NCBI GenBank assembly: GCA_903944895.1
Contig: CAJATL010000052.1
Coordinates: 973-64,972 of the forward strand
Direction of reading: 5' to 3'
Length of the DNA: 64,000 nt
Source of the DNA: an uncultured Bacteroidota bacterium
GTDB taxonomy: Bacteria; Bacteroidota; Bacteroidia; Bacteroidales; 4484-276
Shown here: piece after piece, positions 19,126-29,700 of the stretch
Layout: each line of letters begins with the position of its first letter
How positions within the stretch are numbered: position 1 is the first letter of the stretch
Program-made: the position numbers and the translations under genes
Notes under the pieces: generated by a model
Seen by the model: the letters and a program-made list of their open reading frames with translations, nothing else
Told to the model about the DNA's origin: nothing
Databases searched by the model: none

Positions 19126-19762
19126 GGGACAAATTAAAATTGCGATAATTGACGATCATGACCTTTTCAGGGAAGGCATTAAACTTGTGGTTGGACAGAT
19201 CGAGAATTTTGAAGTAATTTTTGATACTTCAAACGGAAATTTATTCCTCGAATTCCTTAAAAATTCTATGCCCGACGTTGTTTTGATGGATATCAGCATG
19301 CCCATTATTGATGGCGTTGAAACAACGCAGAAAGCCGTTGAACTTCGCCCAAACCTGAATGTTATTGCTCTTACCATGTTCTCGGATATGACCCATTATA
19401 CGCAAATGATCAATGCGGGGGTTAAAGGTTTTATTTTAAAAAAGTCGAATAAATTTGAACTTCAGCAAGCCATTCATGCTGTGTTTTTGGGGGGTAATTA
19501 TTTCAGTCAGGAAATTTTGCAAAAAATGGCTTTTCAATCCGTACAATTCAATACAGGCTGCAATCAGTTGACACATCGCGAACTCGATATTATCAATCTG
19601 GTTTGCAAAGGTCTTACTTCACAGGAAATTGCCGACAAGCTGTTCATCAGCCAAAAAACAGTGGAAGTGCACCGCACCAAAATTTTTCGCAAAACGGAGG
19701 TCAGGAATATCGGCGAATTAATCGTCTGGGCCATTAAGAACAACTATTTTACGATTGAGTAA
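19118..19762 (+). CDS. NarL/LuxR-family response regulator
   Basis: IIDDHDLFREG, DVVLMDISMP, LTHRELDII...G..SQEIADKLFIS.KTVE.HR. Confidence 0.93.
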   Translation: MAKGQIKIAIIDDHDLFREGIKLVVGQIENFEVIFDTSNGNLFLEFLKNSMPDVVLMDISMPIIDGVETTQKAVELRPNLNVIALTMFSDMTHYTQMINAGVKGFILKKSNKFELQQAIHAVFLGGNYFSQEILQKMAFQSVQFNTGCNQLTHRELDIINLVCKGLTSQEIADKLFISQKTVEVHRTKIFRKTEVRNIGELIVWAIKNNYFTIE

Positions 19763-19773
19763 TTTCAAACGAT

Positions 19774-19893
19774 CATCCCATCGGGATGAAATGTTTATCG
19801 AAAATAGCTAAATCGGGCGGATATGCGACCCCAGCCGGGGTCGAACATCTTTCAAATCAAATCTTTTTATAAACATGCGACCTCTCTGAGGTC
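19774..19893. repeat. REP-like cluster of short palindromes
   Basis: catcccatcgggatg, cgaccccagccggggtcg, gacctctctgaggtc. Confidence 0.65.
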
Positions 19894-19973
19894 AGAATGA
19901 ACCCAAATGAGTTTTTCAGCGCCACAGAGCAGCCTCAACAGTAACGTCCGTTCCCCTTTTCCATAACTCTTTC

Positions 19974-20065
19974 TAAGTGTTTACCCTTACTGCAAATACG
20001 GGTTTACCATTAGCCAAATTACAGGATTACCCGCATCTGCTTACCACCAGTGCCTTGTATCTTTG
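19974..20065 (+). promoter_or_regulatory. Three phased TTACC repeats plus a -7 box; candidate response-regulator-controlled promoter
   Basis: TTACC at 19981, 20004, 20027 (23-bp period); TATCTTTG at 20058-20065. Confidence 0.55.
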
Positions 20066-20092
20066 TAAAGGTTATTTTTCACCAGAAATAAA

Positions 20093-20473
20093 ATGAACAT
20101 TGTAATTATCGAGCAAAACAAAATATTTCGCGAAAGCCTGAAAACTGCTTTAAGCCAGGTGAGTGATTTTAAGGTGGTTTTTGATGCCGATAACAGCGTT
20201 TTCCCCGAAAATATCAGCCATGTTCAGGTAAACCTGCTTCTGATTGATTACGGCCTCGGCGAAGCTACGTGTAACGAAACCATTACCAAAGCCCTTTCGA
20301 TATGGCCTGCTGTGCGGTTTTTGTTTCTGACAAATTACAAAGAGGAGTTCACTTTTAATAGTATGAAAACCACCGGTGCCATTCTAAAAAACTCTTCTAA
20401 AAAGGAATTTGAAGATAAAATAAGGGAGCAACAATCAAAATTAAATTGGCAAAACGATATGATAATAATTTAA
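20093..20473 (+). CDS. Stand-alone, divergent receiver (REC) domain protein
   Basis: MNIVIIEQNKIFRESL...LLLIDY...FLFLT...ILKN mirrors the NarL REC domain; acidic pocket degenerate. Confidence 0.7.
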   Translation: MNIVIIEQNKIFRESLKTALSQVSDFKVVFDADNSVFPENISHVQVNLLLIDYGLGEATCNETITKALSIWPAVRFLFLTNYKEEFTFNSMKTTGAILKNSSKKEFEDKIREQQSKLNWQNDMIII

Positions 20474-20683
20474 AAATCATGATGCAATTAAGTAAAAACT
20501 TCGTAACAATTCCTGACAGCACGCACTTTACCAGTTGCAGTAAACCAATAAAATATCTCAACGATAGACACATCAGCAGTCCTTTTGTGGCATGAGCAGC
20601 CCAAAAAACAGCCTTCGCAGCCTCGTTAGTAAAATTTGTTTAAGGCATTGCCTGAAAAATATTAACACATAAAAAATTTAAGT

Positions 20684-23600
20684 ATGAAAGTCAAATACAG
20701 CGTTTCGCTTTTCTTAGTCATAATTCTATCTCTGTCCGGCACTTTTGAGGCATATTCCCAAAACCTGACCGACACAGTTAACATCCCTCAAATAACCATC
20801 GAATCGCTTAACGGCTTTGGGCCTTACACCATCGGCACTTCGCGCGATAATTATTTTATGGCTTACGACTTGCCGACAAATACATCAAGTGTCACTTTCA
20901 GGATGATTGACGAAAATGGCGACCAGATAAACAGTTCCTCAACCACCGGGGGCGACAACCTGGAGTCGGCTTTCTGGGAATTTGAATCCGACACAATGAA
21001 TTTTCCGCTATCGCCGCAGTTAAACGTCGAAGTGCATTATCAAACCGACAGTGTGGCCAATTATTACATTCCATACATTGTTTACTGCGACACTGTATTT
21101 TTTGAAGCTACCAAAGGCTGGGGGCCTTTTATTACGAACAATTACACACGGACCGATACTTCGTGGCATAACGTTGCCCAAATGCCAAATACTTTTAGTG
21201 TAAGAAACCTGCCACCGAGAACCGAAAAGGTAAAATTTACCATTTTTTCGGCAGATTCGGTTGCGATTGATTCATCTTTTACCATGGCGCCAACCGGCCA
21301 ATATCTCGATTCGGCAAAATTTCTTGAAGTCAGGATGGATTTGCTGCCACTAAAAACCAGGTTTATCGAGGCAGCTTCGTTTTGCGCTGGCGGCCCTTCG
21401 GACGGCGTAATTCAAAATAAAGAGCTTATTATCCTTCCTCAAACGCCAAAATTAGTATGCAAAACCGACCTGAACATTTACCACGATTCGATCCCACAAT
21501 TTACACAAAACCAAACCGGTGGCCAGGCAATCCTGGTTGACACCAATAAATACGCTCAGATTCAGAATGGACCCGGTCTGATGCACGAAACCCTCTCGGG
21601 TACAAAATATGCCGGACCATATAGTTTTGATATTATCCAGGGACAATTTACCATTGAAGCCTGGGTACAATACAATGCCAAACTCTCCACACTTCCGCAG
21701 GGCGAAATGAATATAATGTCGGTTGATTCGCTCTGGAAAATTGGCCTGATAAAAGATGGATATGGAAATAACCTCTATTTTTATTCGCTGGCCGGTGGCA
21801 TAGAAAACACCCTGGTAATGGCCGGCTTACCTTCGATAACAAACAATAGCTGGCATCATATGGCCTACACCTTTAAATATATTCAGGATAAAGCGACATT
21901 TTCGGTTCATGTATTTTGGGATGGGAACCTAATCAATCCTTCCCAGGTTTCGGTGGATGTTGAGGAATTCGATTACATTTTTCAGCATATTCCGTATCGC
22001 GATAATATGAAAACCAAACCTCTGATACTTGGTAGTATTCAAAATGATGCGCCATCGGTTCGTATTATTCAGGCTATGGATGAAGTAAGAATCTGGAATT
22101 ATGCCCGAAGCGCCCAGGAAATTAAAAGCAATTTCAAAAAACCTGTTCTTCAGGATTTAAGTCTGACAGGCTATTGGAACTTTGACGACCTCCGGAATCG
22201 CCTGAAAATTGTATCCGACGACAGCTACACCAACAACACCGGGACAATCGAGAATGGCGCCTGCTTTATTCCCGAGGCTATAGATATTCAGGATTTAAAC
22301 GATACGATAATTTTTACATCAAGCAACAAACTCACCGATTCGATCAAATTTAGCTTTTACGATTTTAACAACAATGTGCTTTATTCAAAATTGCTGCATC
22401 CCTCAAGCAGTAAATGCACTTTAGCTTATGATTTATCAACACTTTCGTACAAAGTAAGCCATTTAAAAACGCGTGAGTATTTTCCCGGGGTTGCCGACAG
22501 CGGGTTTGTAACAACCTACAATGTTTCGGTAACGCCGCCAATCCCGATAGCCACGCCCAAATACAACTGGAGTGCTTTTTATCAGAGCGATTATGAATAC
22601 GACGAAATAATCAATTCGATTGATGTGGCGGGCTTACCTTCCGGTTCGTTCAAAATAGTTTGTGGCCTCAAAAGTGGCAATTCGTATTACGATACTCAAA
22701 CGTTTACCCAAAACAGCGTTCCTTACCAATACTCGCTTAACCTCAACGGCGCTGACAATTTTATACAGACGTCCCAAAAAATTTCCTGTCCCACCAGTGG
22801 CGAAATTTCCTTTTATTTCAACACTACTTCTAAAGATGGCGGGGTTTTATTATCATTTAGCCAAACAAAAAACGGTGTCGGCAGCACCCGTACAGAGCGG
22901 TTGTTCCTTTTGGAAAAAGATGGCTCTCTAAGATTTCAGGTCATGTCGGGATACGTTTTGTATGGCGAGCACGCTTACAACGACGGGCTATGGCACAATG
23001 TTACGGGGTCTTTTGGAGGCCTCTCAGCAGAGTTGTACATTGATGGCTCGTTGGTTGACCACAAAGCCATTCCCTATTTATCCGGCTACGATGGCTATTG
23101 GCTGGTTGGCAGGAATCACGCCAACAAATCTGAAGAAATACGGGCACTGGCCGAATATTATAAAGGCTCACTGGCCGAAATTTATTTTTGGCGCTCCGAC
23201 AAAAACCGGAGCGAAACATTGTACCGGCTTGATGACGGACAAGGTGTAACTGTTTTGGATTCGAAAGGGAGCAATCATGGAACTTTGAGCGGTAATTTGC
23301 AAAAATGGGTCAAGGTAAACCGAAACCTTTCGTACATCACCTGGAAAGGAAATATGATAAACAAACCTGCCGGTAATTACACTTTTTTTGTCGAGCTTTT
23401 TTATGAAGGCGGGCCGGCAAACGGGATTTATTATCCTGTTGGGAATTTTATTATCAAAGATCCTCTGCCTGGCTACACCTTTGACTATAATTTTAACCAG
23501 GGTATCGGTTATTTTAATGAAGGCGTTTTTCTTAATAATCTGATCAGTTTTAATACAGATTATACCCTGCAAGGAACAACAAATTGGAAGGAAGACTTCC

Positions 23601-26600
23601 TGCAGGGAGTTTTTCTGTCGCCTTCGCACAATGTTATCAGTAAAAAGATTTTTACCTACACGCAAACAAACCAGTATTTTAACCTGCCTTTTGACATGGG
23701 TGATGCGGCTCCCGGCAGTTATTTCAGCTTCCAGAGTGGCTTTATTACCACCACTGGCGACACATCAGTTCAGCATACTTTTTCGGTGCCGGTTTATATC
23801 AACCAAATGATTGCGCCAACAGTTTCGGGTGATTATGGTCCGTTTTTACAGGCCATTGCCCCCGGTTGCATGGATCAGGAAAATACTTTTACCATCGCTA
23901 CCGAAGAATTGAACGACATGAGCAAAGTGATTGGAAAGTTTTACGATAACACGGGGATTTTGGTGGCCCAACAAAACGCTGTAAAACTTAACGATACTAC
24001 CTGGCACCTGACTTACGACATGGGGAAACTCCCACCACCGCAGGTAAATCTGAAAATTGAATATTATCTCGGGCAAGACCCTGAACCGGCCCTCATCGAA
24101 GGCCCCTATCAGATTATCATACACAAAACCCGCCCACGCTGGTTCGATTTTATGGCTGATACATGTTTTCACAATGTTCAGGAAAGTGGCGATGAGGTAA
24201 CTTTTTCGTTATTAACTTATTTGAGCGAAGAAAACAGAACGGTTAAAACTTCGACATTTAAAGTCCCCAAAGGGGTGCCGATATTAGGCGAAACAAATAT
24301 TACCACAGGCACTCCTACTGTTGAAGCTTATCTGAAATTCACCAAATCGGTAAATAAGCTCGAAATCGACGGACCCCCGGTATTCAGCAAAAGTTTATTT
24401 ATTTTCGAATTTGGACCTCCCGAAATTGTTAATGCTGATTTTCAACTTGATGAAGAAAATTCGTACAATCTGGACGAAAACAACGACCTGTTTGCAACCC
24501 AAAACTTTGCTTCGGCACTCGACATGACCTGGAGCATCAAAAGGCTTGTCGAAAATCCGGTTACAAAAATGATGGAACTCTACAAAGATTTGAAGATGAA
24601 AAACTGGAAGGATGCCAAACCCGTAGGTATGACAGCCAATTTCACAGTAACACCTAATGTTGGCTATGCGTCACGGCTGCATTATTCGGTTGATACCATC
24701 AACGGTGGATGGGGTTCGGTGGGCAACCTTAAAATTGATGCAAATCCCGAACATGAGGAGGCCTACAAAAACAGCGCTTCATACCATTTTGTATATATGG
24801 GCATGGATTGCGAGTTATCGCTTGGTGTAACTTTTGGCGGTGGACTGGTTGATGTTTACGGCGCAGTAGCTCCCGGAATTTATGTTGGCATGGGTTCTTC
24901 ATACATTGATATTCCTAAAAAAGACAAACATTTTATTATTGCAGCCATGTTTCAGACCTATTACAGGGTATATTTAACGGCTTTGTGGAGCTGGTACGAG
25001 GTTAACCTCTTTGGGCCAAATCCAATTTGCCGGTTGAGCATTGGCGCCGATAATATGACCGACTGTTTTCCTCCTTTCGGGAAATCTGCAAATTTACCAA
25101 TCGAAAATTTTAAGGGCGACCTTGCCTTGGGCAAAACTCTAAATCAAATGGCGCCGGTTGGTTGGTATCAGAAAATGCCGCTGCCGTTACCCCAACATTC
25201 GATCAGCATGAAAGATAAACACCGTTTGTTTACCTGGCTTGAGCCTGAAAAATCGTATGGCGAACGAAATCTTTGTTTAAGAACCATAAATCCGGCTACC
25301 GGCAAATTTGGTAAAACACAAGCTGTTTCGACCAATCAAAATGCCATTCAAAAGCCATCGGTTGAGATGATTAACGACAATATCGCCGTCAGCACCTGGA
25401 TGCAAACCCGGCATACCCCCGAAACTTTTATGAATACAAAATCTGATGATGTTATCGAAACTTTAGCCCAATCGCAGGACATCTGGTATTCGGTTTTTGA
25501 TGTTAACACCGGAACAACGCTTTTATCCGGCCCGATCGACGACAATACAAAATCAACAAACTCCGGAAGAGCCGAGGCAAACCCTGAAATCGTTGTACTT
25601 TCCGATAATCGCGCCCTGATTGTGTGGCAGGTTGCCGACTTCGCTCAAAACACTTCAGATATCTGGTATGCTTTTATCGAAAACGAAAACGGGCAATGGG
25701 CCGAAACTACTCCGCAGGTTCTGGCTGAGCCAGGCGGGGTTCAGACCAATTTAAAAGTGGCTTCACCCGCGGAAAATATTGCAGTAATTGTCTGGAAAAA
25801 CTTCGACCAGTCGTCCTGGGAAGGCAACCGGCTGATGACCTCGGTTTTTGCCAGCGAAACCTGGACAAGCCCGACCGAAATACTCGCTGCCGACACACTT
25901 CTTAATTATAATTATTTCGATCTGGATTTTGAAAATGGCCGTGGCGCAATGGTTTACACCACTTATACCAGCGACCAGTCCATCACCGAAAACGAAATTT
26001 TGTCCATCATAAAATGGGATTTCTCTTCAAATAGTTGGGATGTTGCATCCAACCGCCAGCTTTATTCCGAAACCGACGATCATATTCAGGTTCCGCGTTT
26101 GACCATCAGCAAAGATGGGAAAACTGCCGTTGGTTTTAAACTCGAAAACTTAGGTCTGCATACCGCCGATAAAAGGATTTCGCAGGTTGACCTGATGATT
26201 GGCGATATTTCGGATATTGGCGGCCAATGGCAGCATTTTCCGGCTAATCCGCTGGTTTGCGATACCACCAAACAGGTTAACGATTTCGATCTTGCCTTTG
26301 CTGGTGGCGACACTTTGATGATTTTAAGCCACGAGTTTATCATGGCCGCCACCAATGTTCCGTACGAGCCTTTTAATGGGATAACTTTTGGCGATCCGGT
26401 GATGAATCTTGTTTTCAGGGCATTTAAAGTTTCGGAATCAGGCGAAGTTGAAGATGTGAACGAAAACCACTTTTTTGGGCTTACTGAAGTGCCGCATCCT
26501 TACAAAGACGTTGTACTTGAGCAGAATTATCCAAACCCATGTTCGGATTTTACAAATCTCAAGTTTCATTTGCCCGATCAAAATCAGGTGCAGATTGAAA

Positions 26601-26767
26601 TTTTTGACCTGATTGGCTCAAAAATCGGAACCATAGCCGAAGCACAACTCGATCCGGGAAGTTACGAACTGGCGTTGGATACTTCATCGCTGGAATCCGG
26701 GACTTACATCATCCGGCTTACTACCGATCAAGTGGTAAAATCAATAAAAATGATGGTAAAAAAGTAG
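20684..26767 (+). CDS. Giant T9SS cargo protein with LamG-like domains
   Basis: Signal peptide ending in AYS|Q; LamG motifs (FTIEAWV, WHHMAYT, MDEVRIWN; NDGLWHNV); type A CTD (LEQNYPNP...GTYIIRL...KMMVKK). Confidence 0.88.
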   Translation: MKVKYSVSLFLVIILSLSGTFEAYSQNLTDTVNIPQITIESLNGFGPYTIGTSRDNYFMAYDLPTNTSSVTFRMIDENGDQINSSSTTGGDNLESAFWEFESDTMNFPLSPQLNVEVHYQTDSVANYYIPYIVYCDTVFFEATKGWGPFITNNYTRTDTSWHNVAQMPNTFSVRNLPPRTEKVKFTIFSADSVAIDSSFTMAPTGQYLDSAKFLEVRMDLLPLKTRFIEAASFCAGGPSDGVIQNKELIILPQTPKLVCKTDLNIYHDSIPQFTQNQTGGQAILVDTNKYAQIQNGPGLMHETLSGTKYAGPYSFDIIQGQFTIEAWVQYNAKLSTLPQGEMNIMSVDSLWKIGLIKDGYGNNLYFYSLAGGIENTLVMAGLPSITNNSWHHMAYTFKYIQDKATFSVHVFWDGNLINPSQVSVDVEEFDYIFQHIPYRDNMKTKPLILGSIQNDAPSVRIIQAMDEVRIWNYARSAQEIKSNFKKPVLQDLSLTGYWNFDDLRNRLKIVSDDSYTNNTGTIENGACFIPEAIDIQDLNDTIIFTSSNKLTDSIKFSFYDFNNNVLYSKLLHPSSSKCTLAYDLSTLSYKVSHLKTREYFPGVADSGFVTTYNVSVTPPIPIATPKYNWSAFYQSDYEYDEIINSIDVAGLPSGSFKIVCGLKSGNSYYDTQTFTQNSVPYQYSLNLNGADNFIQTSQKISCPTSGEISFYFNTTSKDGGVLLSFSQTKNGVGSTRTERLFLLEKDGSLRFQVMSGYVLYGEHAYNDGLWHNVTGSFGGLSAELYIDGSLVDHKAIPYLSGYDGYWLVGRNHANKSEEIRALAEYYKGSLAEIYFWRSDKNRSETLYRLDDGQGVTVLDSKGSNHGTLSGNLQKWVKVNRNLSYITWKGNMINKPAGNYTFFVELFYEGGPANGIYYPVGNFIIKDPLPGYTFDYNFNQGIGYFNEGVFLNNLISFNTDYTLQGTTNWKEDFLQGVFLSPSHNVISKKIFTYTQTNQYFNLPFDMGDAAPGSYFSFQSGFITTTGDTSVQHTFSVPVYINQMIAPTVSGDYGPFLQAIAPGCMDQENTFTIATEELNDMSKVIGKFYDNTGILVAQQNAVKLNDTTWHLTYDMGKLPPPQVNLKIEYYLGQDPEPALIEGPYQIIIHKTRPRWFDFMADTCFHNVQESGDEVTFSLLTYLSEENRTVKTSTFKVPKGVPILGETNITTGTPTVEAYLKFTKSVNKLEIDGPPVFSKSLFIFEFGPPEIVNADFQLDEENSYNLDENNDLFATQNFASALDMTWSIKRLVENPVTKMMELYKDLKMKNWKDAKPVGMTANFTVTPNVGYASRLHYSVDTINGGWGSVGNLKIDANPEHEEAYKNSASYHFVYMGMDCELSLGVTFGGGLVDVYGAVAPGIYVGMGSSYIDIPKKDKHFIIAAMFQTYYRVYLTALWSWYEVNLFGPNPICRLSIGADNMTDCFPPFGKSANLPIENFKGDLALGKTLNQMAPVGWYQKMPLPLPQHSISMKDKHRLFTWLEPEKSYGERNLCLRTINPATGKFGKTQAVSTNQNAIQKPSVEMINDNIAVSTWMQTRHTPETFMNTKSDDVIETLAQSQDIWYSVFDVNTGTTLLSGPIDDNTKSTNSGRAEANPEIVVLSDNRALIVWQVADFAQNTSDIWYAFIENENGQWAETTPQVLAEPGGVQTNLKVASPAENIAVIVWKNFDQSSWEGNRLMTSVFASETWTSPTEILAADTLLNYNYFDLDFENGRGAMVYTTYTSDQSITENEILSIIKWDFSSNSWDVASNRQLYSETDDHIQVPRLTISKDGKTAVGFKLENLGLHTADKRISQVDLMIGDISDIGGQWQHFPANPLVCDTTKQVNDFDLAFAGGDTLMILSHEFIMAATNVPYEPFNGITFGDPVMNLVFRAFKVSESGEVEDVNENHFFGLTEVPHPYKDVVLEQNYPNPCSDFTNLKFHLPDQNQVQIEIFDLIGSKIGTIAEAQLDPGSYELALDTSSLESGTYIIRLTTDQVVKSIKMMVKK

Positions 26768-26797
26768 GCAGCATTTAACAAGTAAAAAACATTACCG

Positions 26798-29700
26798 ATG
26801 AAAAATATTTACACTTTGCCTCTGATATTTCTTTTGGTTTTGGGATTTTTCCCAATAAAAAGCCTGGCCCAAACCAGCAATTTGCCGGGAAAAGCACTTC
26901 AATTCCAGGTAGCCGGCCAATATGTTTCCGGTACCGGGATAAACTCTGCCATCACAGCAATTACACTGGAATGTTGGGTTTATCACAATTCGATGCCCGG
27001 CCAGGTAGAAAGATACCTCACCATTGGCCCGGAGGTAGCCGTGTTGCGCCATGATGGTTCAATTTATGGCGGCCCCGGGCGGTTGCAATTTTATATCAAA
27101 AAAACAAATGGTAGTCTGGTTGGTGTGTGGGCTGATAATGTTCTTTCCGCAGGAGTTTGGATGAACGTTGCCGGAACTTATGACGGGACAAACTTTAAAC
27201 TTTACCTCAACGGGGTTTTGGTTGCAAGTTCTTCGGCTGGCAGTGGATTGTACCCGCCAGATGGAGGTTTTAGTTTTAACAGCCCTGGAAGCGAAAATTT
27301 GGTTGGAAAATTAGATGAATTGCGCGTTTGGAATTATGCCCGCAGCGAGCAACAAATCCGGGAAAACATGCATTTAACCTTGTCAGGAGATGAACCCGGT
27401 TTGCTCAATTACTGGCAGTTAAACGAAGGTTCGGGACCCACGGCACACGATTATACCGGAAATTGCAACGGAACACTTTATAATTTGGGAAACGGAAACT
27501 GGACAAATTCCACAATCCCGTTGGGTGGTGGATTCAGCAATTCGCAAACTGTGAATACCACCGGAAATGTAACTTTTACCGGCACCGGATTTTCATCCGA
27601 TTTTACGGCCTTATCTGCAACCGAAAATATCACGGTTTCACGGATAAATCTATCCCCAAACACCAAACCTTCTGATCCGTTTTATGCCGCCTGTTCGCAA
27701 TATTGGGTTGTAAAAAACTTCGATAACCAGCCTTTTACCGCTGACCTTACATTTAATTTGAACGATGATTTGAACAGTTACAACGGCCTGAATCCGGGAA
27801 GCGTAAGACTTTTTACCCGATCTGAAAATTCCGACGGTGACTGGACTTATGTTGAAAAAGCCGCCATCGTTGACACGGTCGCTAACACGGCTACTTTTAC
27901 CGATCTGAGCACATTTGGCCAGTTTCTGGTTTTGCGGACCTATCCCGAAAATTATGCCGGCAATGCCCTCGAATTTGACGGAGTTGACGATTACACCGAG
28001 CTTTCGGATGCATCGGGATTTCAATACAACGGCTCGTTTACCGTGGAAGCCTGGGTAAAAGCCGAAGTTATGGGAAGCGGGTTTCATTCCATCGCCGCCA
28101 AGGGCACCGAATGGGAATTGAAAATGTATGAAGGAAGTTCGTTTATCATCATCGAATTTGGGGCAAACAACAACGCCATTTTTTCATTTAAAAATCTGAA
28201 CACCAGTTTGGTTGTTGGGAAATGGCTGCACCTGTGCGGCGTGGTGAATCAAACTGCCGGACAAAAACACCTGATACTTTATGTTAACGGCGAGGCCGGC
28301 TCCTCGGTAAACCCGCCAGCTATAACGCCAACAGCCTCATTTATCCGGATAGGGTCGGGATTTAAAGGTAAAATTGATGAGGTACGTATTTGGCGTGAAG
28401 CCCGGACGCAGCAGCAAATCCGCGAAAAGATGCACCTCACCCCAACAGGCGCCGATAAAAACCTGGATGTCTGCCTTCAGTTTAACGAACCTTACGGAAC
28501 CACCGCAAATGATGTGGCGGGAGGAAACAATGGAACACTCACAAATATGAGTATCGGATGCTGGGTTTTATCCGGCGTTCCGGCCGGTGGCGGAGTCAGC
28601 CACACACAAACCGAAACCGGCGGCACTGTCAATTTCACCGGGACTGGTCTTTCGATGTTTTTCAATTCCCACGCCAGCGCATCCATCACCGTTTCGCGGA
28701 TTGATGTAGCCCCAAATATCAACACTTCATTGTTCGATTCGCAATATTGGATCATCAACCGTTTTGGCACCGGCACATTTAACGCAAATCTTACATTTAC
28801 CGTTGCCGAAGATATTACTGCCGATGATCAGGCTTCATCATCCGGAATTAAATTATACACCCGTCCAACCAACGACGACGCCAGTTGGATTTATGCGATT
28901 AATGCAGCTTCGGCGGATGCTTCCGGCAATACTGCCACATTTAACAACCTTACCGGATTTAGCCAGTTAGCCGTTTGCAGAAGACTTCCGGCTGATAATT
29001 TTGCAGGAAATGCTTTGGATTTTCATCCTACAAATGATTACATTTCCGGCACTGGATTAAAAAGTTCGATGATTCAATTCACCCTCGAAGCCTGGGTTTA
29101 TCATAATAATTTAACAACTGACGTACAGCAATATATTACGCTTGGACCGGATGTAGCGGGCATTAAATACAACGGCCAATCATCAGGTGGTGATACCTGG
29201 CTGAATTTTTTCATTAACACGAATAATTATTCCGGTTATGCGGTCACTGCCGTAAATGTACTTTCCACCGGAAACTGGATGCACGTTGCCGGAAGCTACG
29301 ATGGCGCCACAATGAATCTTTATCTTAATGGTGAATTGGTAAAAACCATGGCGGCTTCGGAAAGGATAGACACGCTTGATGGTACTTTTATAATTAGCGG
29401 CACCGAAGCAATGGATGGGAAACTGGATGAAATCCGCATCTGGAATTATGCCCGCGATATTGCTGATATCCGGGCCGATATGTATCGCACATTAGCAGGA
29501 ACCGAAACGGGTCTGGTTTCTTACTGGCAGTTTAACGAGGGCAGCGGAATTGAGCCTAAAGATATTGTAGGTGGAAATAGTGGTACTTTTTATAATATGG
29601 ATGCCTCCAACTGGACTATTTCAACAATTCCGACACCTTACCAGAGCATCGCCGGGGGCAACTGGAGCAGCTCCTCAACCTGGGATGCCGGGCAGGGTGC

